Shown here: positions 44,481 to 57,729 of the stretch, one piece after another | Layout of the letters: each line of letters begins with the position of its first letter | Numbering within the stretch: position 1 is the stretch's first letter | NCBI GenBank assembly: GCA_964016885.1 | Contig: OZ024743.1 | Coordinates: 111,910,001-111,974,000, forward strand | Direction: 5' to 3' | DNA length: 64,000 nucleotides | Source: Eledone cirrhosa | Lineage: Eukaryota | Notes under the pieces: model-generated | What the model saw: the letters and a program-made list of their open reading frames with translations, nothing else | Databases searched by the model: none | Told to the model about the DNA's origin: nothing | Position numbers and translations under genes: made by a program

Positions 44481-44526
44481 TGCTCCGAAGAATCTAAGCT
44501 AGGTTTGGATGAAACAATTGTAAGTG
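44481..44526 (+). ncRNA. Hammerhead motif with one core substitution
   Basis: TGCT-CCGAAGA-ATCTAAGC..GTTTGGAT-GAAA-CAATTG-TA-AGTG, with palindromic CAATTG. Confidence 0.6.
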
Positions 44527-44675
44527 AATAAATGCTTTGAACACAGCTTTGATTCTTCTGTATTCTATATATATATATATATATATAGATAGATAGATAT
44601 ATAACCAAAGATTAATTCGTTCCAATACCGGAATTGAACCATCAAGATCGTTGAGGTATGTCATACATCAATTCA

Positions 44676-44745
44676 TGTATTTTATCTGACGAGGACGTAC
44701 TGAAAAAAACAGCTCAGTACCTTCGAAATATATATAATAAAACAT
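44676..44745 (+). ncRNA. Hammerhead ribozyme motif
   Basis: TTTTAT-CTGACGA-GGAC-GTACTGA...TCAGTAC-CTTC-GAAA-TATA-TA-TA-ATAAAA. Confidence 0.7.
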
Positions 44746-44871
44746 ATATTTTGATTATGTGAATGTCTTCATTTATTAATATTCTGAATAATATATATCC
44801 GGATGACTTCCAAAAACTGGTTGCATTTTAATAGGGTACGTCAAAGCTTATTTGTAAAACTGTTATATATT

Positions 44872-44936
44872 GTATTTTGTCTGATGAAGACATACCATAA
44901 TTTAATTTGGTATCCTGAAATATGTATAATGAAATA
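44872..44936 (+). ncRNA. Hammerhead ribozyme motif
   Basis: CTGATGA-AGAC-ATACCA...TGGTAT-CCT-GAAA-TATG-TA. Confidence 0.65.
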
Positions 44937-45299
44937 GATATGGTTTTACAAATAAAGTTTCCATTTATTAATATCGTATATATATATATATATATATATA
45001 TAAAGAAGAGCTGCATTCTAAATTATTTAATAAGTGTGTTGGGGGGAATGACTAGGGTGTATGTAGGCAGGAAAGGAGGTATGTAGGAGGTGTTGTATTC
45101 CAGACAATTAGGAAACGAATATTGTTTGAAACATTCTTAGGAATGGGTGCTTTTAAACTGTAGACATTGTATAGACAGTTGCCTTGGGTAACCTGCTATA
45201 TGATTGACGAATGGGGTTATAAAAGCAAGAGACAGAAAGACAGACACAAAGAAAAAAATCAAACAATCAAACAATACTATAATAATTAATTCTACAAAA

Positions 45300-45302
45300 C
45301 CT

Positions 45303-45350
<48 letters not shown>

Positions 45351-45351
45351 T

Positions 45352-45390
<39 letters not shown>

Positions 45391-45441
45391 ACCAACGACG
45401 ACGACAATCACCACACCCATCATCCCACCGCCTGCACCTCT

Positions 45442-45474
<33 letters not shown>

Positions 45475-45575
45475 CACTACTACTAACACTACTAATACTA
45501 CTACTACTGATGTTGCTGCTGCTGCTGCTACTATTACTACTACTACTATTATTAATACCACTACTACTACTACTA

Positions 45576-45625
<50 letters not shown>

Positions 45626-45626
45626 T

Positions 45627-45658
<32 letters not shown>

Positions 45659-45815
45659 GTGATAATGCTACTAATACTACTACTACTACTGCTGCTGCTA
45701 CTAATACTACCACTATTACTCCACCCCTTCTGCTTTATCCCCCCCCTTCCTCATCCTCCTACTCATTCTACTACTACTACTACTAATAATAATAATAATA
45801 ATAATAATACCACCA

Positions 45816-45851
<36 letters not shown>

Positions 45852-45872
45852 TTACTACTACTACTACTACTA

Positions 45873-45918
<46 letters not shown>

Positions 45919-45919
45919 A

Positions 45920-45974
<55 letters not shown>

Positions 45975-46019
45975 TTACTACTACTACTACTACTAGCACC
46001 ACCACCACCACCACCACCG

Positions 46020-46061
<42 letters not shown>

Positions 46062-46095
46062 TCACCACCACCACTACTACTACCAGTACTATTAA
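45300..46095. repeat. Compound (CTA)n/(CCA)n/(TAA)n trinucleotide tract
   Basis: Seen directly. Source of the poly-L/T/Y/V ORFs. Confidence 0.95.
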
Positions 46096-46364
46096 GAAGG
46101 GTCGATAATAATAAAGAACAGGAATTTATGGTATGGTGTAAATCATTAGCATAATCCTATAGAAGAAAAAAAGCAGTTTCTCTTCTCTGCGACAACTGCC
46201 TGATTTACAAACGTTTTTGTCTGTCTTGACGTTGACAGCAGAAATTCACCAACTTACATTTAAGATGAGTATTTTGGCTGTTTTATATGTCTTTTGTTTG
46301 AATTTTGTTTATTATATCATTGCTGCTATCATCAAGAAAGCGTGATTGTTTATTTTGTTTGTTT

Positions 46365-46435
<71 letters not shown>

Positions 46436-46482
46436 AATAAATATATATATGTATATACATAATATATACATATATACATATA

Positions 46483-46551
<69 letters not shown>

Positions 46552-46829
46552 ATTTATATATATATATAACATTTATTACATGTTTTGTCTTTGATTTCTT
46601 TGTGTTTATTTTATTTTTACTGTCAATTAAGGAATGAATTATTGTTGCTGTTGTTATTATTATTATTTTTATAATCATCACCTGATGGTAGTGTTTCCCC
46701 CATCCACTAACTATGTAACCCAATCTTAAATTGACCCATTCGTCTGGTGTTCCTCTGGCAAATATATGCAATAATGATAATAATAAAAATGACAATAATA
46801 ATAATAATAATTATTATTATTATTGTTAT

Positions 46830-49620
46830 TACTCTTTGAGTCTCAGTCATTGATGTTAGTTAACTGGAAAGTTTGTTGAAATGAATATCAAGCCACTACC
46901 TGCAGCCTCAGATATTCAGGACGTATCGGAGGGTTCTTGCTGTTCCCAGCAAGCATGCCTTTTGAAGCGTTCCAAAAAGCGTGAAGGGGCCAATTTTCTT
47001 TAACCATCCCTGGAAACTTTTTGAGATAGTCCCTAGTGCGCCTATGACAATCGGGACCACTTTGACTTCATGGCAGTTCCAAATGCTTTTTACCTCCCAC
47101 TTTCAGTCCTGGTATCGGTTAATTTTCTCCCTCTCCTTTTCTTGCACTCTCGTGTCGAATGGACTGGCTACATCCACAATCAAGCACGATCGTTTTTCCT
47201 TGTCCAAAGCCACCAGGTCAGGTTTATTGTATTCCAGTTTCTTATCCGTCTGTATCCTAAAATTCCACACAGCATCTTCACCTGATTGTTTTCTATCACC
47301 GACTCTGGCTTATGGTCATACCACTTCTCAGAATGTGGTAAATTGTTTACTTTGCATAGGTGCCAGTGGATCACCCTGCCCATCACATCATGTCTCTTAT
47401 AGTGAGTCTGGGCTAGGTGTTTACACTTGGATACAATGTGAGCCACAGTCTTCTCTCTCTCTCCACAGATCCTACACAGTGGGCTAGCCTCCTCCTTGTA
47501 AATATGGTGTTTCAGCCACTTCGTTTTGAGGGCCTGCTCTTGCGCAGCCATTTGCATACCTTCTGTAGGCTGTTTAAGGTCTCCTCTTTTCAACCAGTTC
47601 CATGGCCGTGGATCTCTGAATTCAGTTTTCTCAAAGAAAATACTATGAAGGGATTTTTCATGAAGGTTGCTCTTTCTCCTTGTTGTTATTTCCTCCTTGG
47701 ACATCTCCTGGTCTATTGTCCTCTCCTTCAGTACAATTCTGAGCATTGGCACCCTACTATCAGTCGTGTATTTGTGTAGGTTGTTTTTCTCCATCTGAAC
47801 ACAGTTCTCTATGCTGATGAGACCTCTTCCACCTTCAGATATCCTTAAGTAGAGTCTATCGACATCACTCCTTTTGTGGAACATGTTGTAGATAGACAAT
47901 AGCTTCCTAGTTTTCCTATCCATTTCTTTTTCTTCAGCAACATTCCATCTCAGAATTGCCGCACTCTACCTAATAATATACACAGCTCGGGAATTTACTG
48001 TACTTATGGCATTCCTACTTTTCAGATGTGATTTTAATACGCTCCTTACTCTCTGAATGTATTCAGATCTTATCAATTCCTTCATTTTTTTGTTCTTGAT
48101 GTCATAAGCCTCCAGAACACCTAAAGATTGGTATTCTTCCTCAGTGTCAATTTCCTTTATCATGTCACCCGTTGGTATCTGGATTCCGTTGCTTCTGCTC
48201 AATTTACCCCTCTTCATCACAAGGACTCCACACTTACTAATACCAAATTGCATACATATATCATTGCTGAAAATACGAACAGTGTCAACAAGCACATCCA
48301 ACTTCTTCTCACTCTTCCCAAAGAGCTTAAGATCGTCCATGAAGAGGAGGTGATTCATGGTAAGCTCTCCCTTTCCCAACTTGTAATGTCTCAATTCACA
48401 CTGCCTGATCATTATGTTTAACATCCTGCTCCCATATTCCTCTCCAGAATGTCTTAGTTTGTTCTGCCTCAGGGATCAAGTCGTCGCCTCTTTCATTCCC
48501 TTCAAGTTTCCAAACAACATCTTCTGGTTGTTGTCAAACATACGGTTCTGTCTATACTGACTGACTCTGCTCTCGTATCGCCTAATCTTTGCACTCTTTG
48601 CTACAATGCATTGCTTCAGTTCCTGTATGATAATATTTAGCTTTTTCCTCCTAGTTTTGTACTTTATTTCCAGTCTATTTTTAGTGTCTACGTCTTTTAG
48701 TGTCACATTCAGTAGGGAGTCAAGCTTTCTAATAACATTTCTCATTTCCCTGATTTGACCATTCAGTCGTTTCTTCCACCAAGGTTCAGATATTTCTTGT
48801 TTGTTGTTTCCTCTCGCTTTTATGCCAAGTAATTTCCTCACCTCATTTGCTGTTGCTTTGAGGATATTGTTGCACTGGTGAGGGCTCCTCGCCTCAAGGT
48901 ATGGGATGACTTTGTTTACCTTAGCTGTTGTTTCTTTTAACTGTTTCCTGTCTACAAATCTTAGGTTCATAGGTTTCCCACTATCATTGTTCATTTCATC
49001 TACCACTAAGTTTAGGATATCAACCAAATCTTGTCCTAGCCCGTCAGTATTCATTTCCTCAATGGCCGTATCTTTGTTCCGTGTATTATTTATTTCAGCA
49101 TTAAGATCATTGTTTGCTTCGGATGGTTCGTTCGTTCTCTCAACGTCTTCACCTTCATTTCCCACTGGCTCGTTTGCGTGGCATACTCCACTCTCCATTT
49201 CCTACCTAATCACTATGCTCTGTTCCTCAGTTCCAGCTCGCTTATCCACCCATTAGTTCTTATTACCCGAGCCTGCCCTGCCAATTTTTTTTCATCTAAT
49301 TTAAATAGACCAATCTCGTTCCAGATGTTATGCATCCGTTTCCTATAGCCTTTTTCCATGGGGTTACTTTTCAGGTAACATTGCATAACAGATATATTCA
49401 ATTCTTTCGACCAGTTGCACCTGCTGGGTGAGAGTCTGTCACATGACATTCCAGTCTCCACTTCACCGTTATTCGAACTGTTTATGTTCGAAATTTAAGC
49501 ACTCATATCGAGGATTGGTGAATGTATGGTTACATAACCACCGGTGATTTCATCACCCCCAGTGATTTCATCACCCCCGGTGATTTAGCGTGGCACCATC
49601 ACGATGTAGACGAACATAGA
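46830..49620 (-). mobile_element. R4/Dong-type non-LTR retrotransposon, internally deleted and disrupted
   Basis: N-terminal KGYRKRMHNIW...LAGQARVI and PWWKKRL; RT motif NHLLFMDDLKLF; RLYLRISEGGRGL; zinc knuckle CRICGEREKTVAHIVSKC; RHD; RLE region ending LQKACLLGTARTLRYVL. Flanked by (TAA)n/(TTA)n. Confidence 0.9.
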
Positions 49621-49946
49621 TAAATAAACAAATAAAGAGATAAAAACTTAAAAAAACAAAAATAAACATAAGTTTCATTGTAATGTTTGAATGTTTGACT
49701 TAGATTTTTATTATTATTATTATTATTATTATTTAATGCCATGGTTGACGGAGGCTCGGCTCTGTAAGGTATTGTAAATTTTGACCACTATAACATTGTA
49801 AATTGTTTAAAACTTTAACCAAACTGTAGACAAAAACACCCTCCTCCTCGTGAAAGGGGTCTTTCTTCCCGTTATTTGGCTCTTCGGGGTTAAATAACCG
49901 CTTATTGGGGTCTTGTGCCCAATATTTATTTTAAACCAAAAAAAAC

Positions 49947-52088
49947 ATGGCTACGAAAAAGAATTTTCACAAGTCAGTCCCACACATTCCGTCTTCTTCT
50001 TCCTCAATCGTCACTACAGCAGAGAGAAGATTGTCTCTCTCCCTTCCTTCTCTAAATGTGTCTCTCTCCCTCCCTTCTCTTTCGCAAGCGACGCCAGTAA
50101 AGAAAAATAGTTTCCAAAATCACGTGCAAAACATGGAACATTTCTCCACGACGACGACATCGACGAAAAAGATGTGCGGTAAATACGAAAACCCATTTCA
50201 TTCGTCTGACGTCATGAATAATAGAAGTAGCCGCCGTAATAACAGCAGCAGCAGCAACAGTGACAAGGAAATCAACAGTAGCAACCGCAACAGCATCAGC
50301 AGCAGCAGCATAAACAACAACAGCATTAGCAGCAACAGCAACAACAACAGCAGCTGCAGCAACAACAACAACAACAACAACCACAGCAACAGCGGCGGCG
50401 GCAGTGGTCGTAGTACCTGCAGGAAAAACAAAAGTAACAGCATCTCTGACGACAACAACAACAACAACATCAGTAGCAAAGAAAAACCAATCTCGTTTGC
50501 AGGTATCGCAAAGAACCCGGAAACCATCCTCATAACAAATGAGGAATTACAGGAAGCAAAGAAGATGGTGATGAAAACCGGGGACCGAGCAATTTGCAAG
50601 GCAGCCGAAAATTTTTTTCGAAACCCAACAGCACTGTACGGTCACATACCCGTAGGGTTGAAAGAGCCACATGGCCTCAAATACAAAAAGCCTTAGGGTC
50701 TGTGTGGCAGCGGAAAACGCATATCACCCGAGGCAAGAAATATGCCACCGTAAACGTGCTTTTTGCCACACCCCAGGAGGCAAAGGCTCAATCCTTAGTG
50801 ACCCTAAGGAGCGAGGAAATGGTGTTGGTGCCCTCCTACTGCGAGCAAAAAACTGTGAGGGTCAAACTAACCCACGTCCCCCACGGGATGGCCCATTCTT
50901 GGCTGGCCGCGTCTGTCCTCGTCGGAATCGAGGACAAAACAACTGTACTGCAAGTACAGAAAAAGGTAAGAGAAGATTGGGTCGGCACTTCCATTGAGAT
51001 GTTAATCCAAACCAAGCAGGAGTGCATCGAAGCTATCGCGGATGTGATAGACTTCGATAACGGCACTCAACTGCCCATAAGTGTTGAGAGCAAACGCCCG
51101 AAATGCTTTCGCTGTGGATCGAAGACTCACCTCAGGGCCTTCTGCAAAGAGAAGACCCTGAGAAAGGAGAAAACCCCCCTCCTTCCGAAACCGGCTCCAC
51201 TGCTACTAGCAACAGGACAAGCGGCAACCAGGAACGATAGGTCCGTGGCACCCATATCCACGCCACGGAAATCAAGAACAGCATCAGCAGTGGAAGTATT
51301 AACAACAACAACAGTAATACCAACTGCAGATGCAACAGAGTCTCCACTGCAAACATCACCAACAACAACAAGTGAAAGAGTGGAGCTGGTACCCCTCCCC
51401 GACCTCACAGAATCAGACATGGAGTGTGAGGTGGGATAGGGATGGCAAAATGTTCGCAAGAAGTCACAAACGCAGAAGCAGCGCATCGTCGCCTTCGAAA
51501 AGGGAGGAAAGAAATGAAAAAAGGGTAAAGGCTACTGCAAAGAGACTCACAGCAGCAACACCACCAACACCATCACCACCCACACTAGCACCACCATCAC
51601 CACCGGCGACAACCCCACCGCCAACAACAAAAACACCTTCAACACCACCACCAAAAGCACCAACATCGCAAACACAACAACAAAACACACACACCCAGCA
51701 ACAACAACAAGAAAATAGCAGAACCACACCCCACCTCCAGAAAAACAAATGTACGGCAATAAATACACACGAAAAACTAATGACTTACATAATTGAACAC
51801 ACAGACAATTCACAGCACGACTACATAATACCAGCACCAATCAAAACGCCAACGAACATAAGACTGGTAAAAATAGCACAGAAACAATACACAAACATTA
51901 AAACGAAATTTCCCAACGCAGTTGGTGATTTCAGAGACCTGGGAGGGACTCTCAACCGGAGAGTATATTCGGACATACTCATAGAAGAACCGATGACCAG
52001 CCGAAGGGACGATTCAACGGTCCCTTCACCAGACGATCAAGTGAAAAGAGATGGAAAAAGCACCCTTCCTCTACGAAAAGTACGGTAA
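49947..52088 (+). pseudogene. LINE ORF1 (gag-like, CCHC zinc knuckle), frameshifted
   Basis: Pieces 49947-50696, 50594-51439 and 51330-52088. CFRCGSKTHLRAFC knuckle. Asn/Ser-rich and Pro/Thr-rich low-complexity segments. Confidence 0.8.
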
Positions 52089-52122
52089 GTGGTATTTCCC
52101 ATCTTTTCCACTCCATTTCAAC

Positions 52123-55100
52123 ATGACCTCACTCAGAATAGGCAGCATAAATGCGCGTGGCTTGGGGTCGTCATAGAATCAGGGCCACCTGCTCAACGAC
52201 CTCAAGTCACTAAACATAGATGTAGTGGCCATCAGCGAGACCAGAATCTACGAAGCACGGGCCTTCGCACCGATCTTCGGCGGCTATGATATGCACGCAT
52301 CTCCCAGCCGTCCTGGATCGGGGGGATGAGTTGCTGTGCTTTTTCGGAGAGGTTGGGATCTCACCATACGGGCCATCTTCCTGGACCCAGAAGGTAAGTT
52401 GGTGGTGCTGGACGTGACCAGCGGAGACGGGCAAGCTTTCAGGCTAGTGGCCGTCTATGCCCCGACTGGAACAGGGCGGCCTGATTTCTTCCGGCGTCTG
52501 GAGACCTTTCTTGGAACGTCCCGCTCTTTAGTTTTAGTGGGCGACTGGAACGGGATCTTAGATGCACGCTGGGACTGTGTGGGATTAGTGGATAGGGGGG
52601 GAGGGTGCAAGAGCCTCACCAACCTGCTCAGGCATTTTGAACTGTCTGACAGGTACCGATTGGATTTCCCGAATGTGCCAATGTGAACTTGGACAAATCG
52701 CATAGGGTCATCCAGATCATATCTAGATAGAGTATTTTGTAGGGAAATAGATAGGTCTAGCATAGGCTGTCCACAATTCAAAATAGTCAGCTACACGGAC
52801 CACAAATTAGTGATCTGTGTGATTGACATTGACTTAGATAGGCTTCATAGACGAGGACCCGGCTACTGGGAGCTAAACGCGTCCTTACCAGCGCGAAAGA
52901 CCTACAGAGACCGGATTAACGAACTAGTTAAGCGGGCGTTGACGGGGACCATCGTGAACAACAAGTGGTGGTTTGCTCTGAAAATAAGCGATTAGAATAG
53001 AGTCCATTAGGTTTAGTAAGGCTTTAGCAATAGAGAAAAATAGAGCACAGGGAGAACTAGTTAGACAATTAGACGAGGCGCTTAGCAAAGTCATCGCGTA
53101 CGACGTACTTGCGGCGAAATTGGCCCTTGACCAATTCTTCAATGCAAAGCACGAAGGCTGCGTTGTCAGAGCTAGGGTGCGTGCTCTCAGACACGAGGGT
53201 ACGAAAGCCGTTCAATGGGCCCGATTGGCGGAGGCGCGTCGTGGCGACAAAGCCACGATCCAGTCTTAGGTGGACCACGACGGGCGCATGCTACTCGATC
53301 CAGGGAAAGTCTGTGAAGTTTTTCAGTGACACTTCGCCCAGCTGTTCGGGGGCAGCGGTGGGCCGGGTCGAGGGATGGACTTTAGTGTCTACCTCGACGG
53401 ACTACCGCGGCTCTCGGCCACTGAGGCGGAGTGTTGCGAAAAGCCGATAACAGCCGCTGAAGTACGGGAGGCAATGACTGGCTGCACAAGGGGTAAATCG
53501 CCTGGTTTGGATGGTCTGCCCTATGAACTTTACGTACAGATGCCAGACTTGTTCGGAAGCCTCTTGTCGGACGTCTACTGCAACTGGCAACATAACGGGA
53601 GAATTCCCAGCTCTGTGAGCCGAGGAGCGGTGGCACTGCTGAGAAAGGATCCCAACAAGAGGGATAACATAGATAATTTCAGGCCCATAACTCTGCTAAA
53701 CACAGAGTTCAAGATTTTGACCAAGGCGCTAGCAAAGAGATTGGCGCTTGTCGTTGGTGGTCTGGTGGGAGAGGCGCCATTACCGACAGATCCATCCACA
53801 ACAACCTCCACCTCATGCGATACATCGTAGAGAGGGTAGCTAGGGAACCTGGCAAGGGTGGGTCCTTGATCAATTTAGATCAGTCGAAAGCTTTCGATAG
53901 GGTCGACCATCGTTACCTAGCGGCAGTCCTGAGGACGGCCGGCTTTGGGCCCGTGTTTAGAGGCTGGATCGCTGCCATGCACAGCGACATCTGCTCTGTG
54001 GTGAGAGTGAACGGTCACCTTTCGGAACCGTTCAACATCATGCGCTCGGTCCGCCAAGGGTGTCCCCTCTCGTCCCTCTTGTACGTATTGACTCTCGAGC
54101 CATTACTGCACAAACTGGAGACGTTGAGGGGCGTCCCGCGCGAACTAGTATGTGGTAGATCCGTGTCAGCATATGCGGAAGATGTCACCGTAGTGGTGTC
54201 TAACGCCAAACACATCGAGGCGATCGGCAATACACTAAGATAATACGAAGCGGTGACAGGTGAAATGATCAACCAGGAAAAGTCAGTGGGCCTGCAGCTC
54301 GGCACCTGGAGAGGCAGGTCCATGCCGTCCAACAGCTTCGTCGGACGCTGGACGGAAGGACCGGTTAAATTGCTAGTGGTCTGGTTTGGTCCGGACCTCC
54401 AGACGGACAAAAACTGGGACGAGGTGACGAGCAGGGTGGCTTCTCTCACCCAGAAATGGGCGGAGAGGGAGCTATCCCTGAAAGGTCGAGCGGAGGTGGC
54501 TAACGCGTACATCGCGTCTGTCACCTGCTACCGCCTGACCGTCGTACCTTGCCCTAAGCCCCGCCTGACTGCGCTGGAGCGTTTGCTCTTTCGCTTTTTG
54601 TGGAAGGGACGCGCACCGATGGTTAGGCGGTCCATCTGTTGTCAACACCCGCTACGTGGAGGGCTGGGCATGCTGTGGCTGATGATGCGCAGACACGCGC
54701 TCAGGCTACAACATCTCCACTTCTTCCTCGACGGTGATTAGGTGTGGTTGCCGTTTGCTAGACACGTATTTTCCCAGCTCGTTTCCTTGACGGAGCTATA
54801 AGTCCTGGGTCAAGCGAAGACCGCGAGGGAGCGCCTGGAGACTGGAATGTCTTCAGGCGCTCACAGCCCTCGACCAATCGGGCAATGTAATCGGTGGAAA
54901 CTCCACCTCGGCGTTCTATAGAGGATTAGTGGAGGGGAAGAGCGACGACATACTTGGGGAAACTCTAGGCGTTGACGAAAATCAACTAGCCAATCTCTTC
55001 GGAAGAACTTTCGGGCCGGGGCCTATGGACAACTTCCAGAAATCTATGGCCTGGCAGTCCTACCGAGGAGCCTTGCCAGTTCGGGATAAACTCTACAGGC

Positions 55101-55507
55101 ATGGAGGTGCCGTCAGCCTGGCATGTCCGAGATACGCGCAGGGTGACGTAACCGTCCTGCAAGCACTCCTCCAGTGTCCGAAAATTGCTGAGTTGTGGGT
55201 TTATGTCGAACACCTGCTGTCGCGTGTAGGATGGATCCGGCTATCATCTGAGTCCATCGTGAGGATTGCCCCGCCCTCTTCCTTTAGCCGGGAAGGGCAG
55301 GCAGTTTTTATCTGTCTGGTGGCCATGGCGAAAGAGATAGTATGGTGGACACGTTTGAAAGGGCTAAAGACGAGCACTTACCTCTTCGGTGATGCCCTGA
55401 TTAACTTTTTCAAATTTCATTTAAAAAGGAAAATCAGGGTAGAAAGGGAAGTGCTCTCTTCCCAGCATTTTGTTGAAAGATGGGTGAGAGAGGCAAGAAT
55501 GGTCTGA
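52123..55507 (+). pseudogene. LINE ORF2: APE endonuclease and reverse transcriptase, multiple stops and frameshifts
   Basis: MTSLRIGSINARGL, VYAP, GDWN, SYLDRV, TDH, GPGYWELN, KSPGLDGLPYELY, FRPITLLNTEFKIL, LDQSKAFDRVDH, VRQGCPLS, AYAEDV (YADD mutated), GGLGM. Confidence 0.92.
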
Positions 55508-56145
55508 GTGCATGGGCCTACTCTGAGTATGTGTCTGTAAATTAAAGGTGGAAACCTGGGAGAGGGCACTTGCCATGGTGGTCAGGGTCACTGTGACTTT
55601 TTAATGGGCTTTCTCCACGAATGTCCCTCGGAAGTACCCCCCCTATTGGGGAATTTTTTCATTGTTCTATTATTACATCCTCTGTTTCTTGTTTTTTACA
55701 CGCAGAAATGCCCATCTGTACCGTCCTGTTTTGTCCTGTACTGTCCTTAATGTCTACTTTGTGTAGACCCTTGTGGTTAATAAAGAAAGCATTATTATTA
55801 TTATTATTATTATTATTATCATTATTATTATTATTATTATTGTTGTTATTATTGTTGTTGTTGTTGTTGTTGCAATTTTTGTTCCTTTTGTATGTCCATC
55901 ATCCTCATCATCACCATCATCATCATCACCATCATCATCACCACAATCTTCGTCACCATTATTATGTTAATTTATTAATTGGCTTAATAAAAAGCTTTAA
56001 TATGGATAATATTACGGTTATGATATAGAAACTATTTATTTTATTAATAATATGCTATTATAAAATTATTATAGATATTTTTATTCTGGTTGTTATTGTT
56101 ATTGTATTAATTGATAATGTCATAATTAATTATGTCATCGACCTA

Positions 56146-57350
56146 GGATACGGTGGGACAGAAAGTATCCACCGATTTTCAAAAGAAGGTATTTTGGTAG
56201 AATTTTCTGGAAATGTTGAAAGTAGCGCATGGGCACGTGTATAACAAGTATTTTTAATATGCACTATCTTCATTTCTCCTTTTCTGTTACGCTGCCAAAG
56301 TGGAAGCAGCATGAACCTATACAAATCGTTTATCCAAGGTTGTGTAATTTATTATTACAAATCTTGTCTAGATCAGCAGCACTGAGTCGTCCACATAACA
56401 ATGCATTTGGATCAGACACAATTTCTGAACGCAGTCCACTGGATTGGTTCGAACGCTTCCATTCCGTTTATTACATCCTTGACGGTAGACTTCGCGCAGG
56501 ATGTGCTTCCGATTTCAATGATGAGTGTGAGGTAGTGGAAGACGATCCACGCCTGGCATCACGTCAACTCTTGTAAATGATTGGACTATCGAAAGCAACC
56601 ATCCTCAAGCATTTACATGCTATCTGGCTGGCCGTAATCTTGAATGTCGTGTGACAGCTGCGATATATCTGCACTTCTACCGTCACTAAACCCACTGGTT
56701 ATGTTCTATTTCCCTGTTCATAAAAAAATGGTGTCAATACATTAATGTCAAGCGCAAGCCATCATAGGTTGATAAAGAGATTGCTACACAACGGAAAACA
56801 AAATCTAATCTCCGATTTCCAAGACACTACTGAGCTTCTGATGGAACTGGAAAGGAGTGATCGACTACGAGCTGGTTCCACCGAACACCAACATAAATTA
56901 TGACGTCTATTGTCAACAATGTGACAGTATAGCTGCAAAAATCACAATCGTGCACCCAACACCATGGTCATGTTCGAAATCCTTCTTGCTAACACTCGAC
57001 TGCATACATCAAGGGTAACCTGCGAAAAAATGGTGGAGCGAGATTGAGAGGATATTCCCCGCCTTCCGTATTCACCCAACCACACCCGTATTACATCTTC
57101 TCACAATGCACCATGTCATGCAGTCAAAGGCTTTCGCCAATGAGGACCAGTTGAATCTGTGGCTGGCTGACGGAACTCTTTGCATCGAAGCCAAAAGTAA
57201 TCTACAGGGATGAAATCATGTGATTTCCTACCTGATGGCAGACCGTAATCTTAAATGATGGCGATTATTTCGACATGTAAATTTTTCCTAAGAAAACAAA
57301 CGCCGAAGTCAACACAAATTTGAAAAATGGCGAGAATTCTCTGTGCAACC

Positions 57351-57355
<5 letters not shown>
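56146..57355 (+). mobile_element. Full-span decayed mariner transposon
   Basis: HTH region AFGSDTISERSPLDWFERFHS...VEDDPRLASRQL; NWKGVIDYELVPPNTNINYDVYCQQ; PYSP; DGDYF end near 57270. Imperfect TIRs GGTGGGACAGAAAGTATCCACCGATTTTCAAA and TTTGAAAAATGGCGAGAATTCTCTGTGCAACC. Confidence 0.85.
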
Positions 57356-57401
<46 letters not shown>

Positions 57402-57435
57402 CAGCAGCAGAAGCAACAGCAGCAGCAGCAGCGGC

Positions 57436-57488
<53 letters not shown>

Positions 57489-57500
57489 CAGCAGAAGCAA

Positions 57501-57536
<36 letters not shown>

Positions 57537-57572
57537 TAGTAGGAGGAGGAGGAGGAGGAGGGGGGGGGGGGG
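57351..57572. repeat. (TAG)n/(CAG)n/(GGA)n compound microsatellite with internal duplication
   Basis: The unit (TAG)n-GCAGCAGAAGCAACAGCAGC occurs twice. Confidence 0.9.
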
Positions 57573-57729
57573 CATTTTTGTTAATATGCTTAATATTCTA
57601 TGTTTGATTCTATTTTACCTCTTTATCTCCTACACGTCTGGACGTGGGACTAAAGAATAAATTACGTAAGTACACGCTAAATGCATCAACTCCCAAACAA
57701 TGTAATATTCTAAATAAAGGTACGTCCCT

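Larger units (their letters stand above)
49735..55800 (+). mobile_element. Near full-length L1/Tx1-clade LINE, inactivated
   Basis: 5' UTR follows (TTA)n. Two ORFs, then a 3' UTR with AATAAA near 55779 and an (ATT)n tail. GC content is clearly higher than the flanks. Confidence 0.9.
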
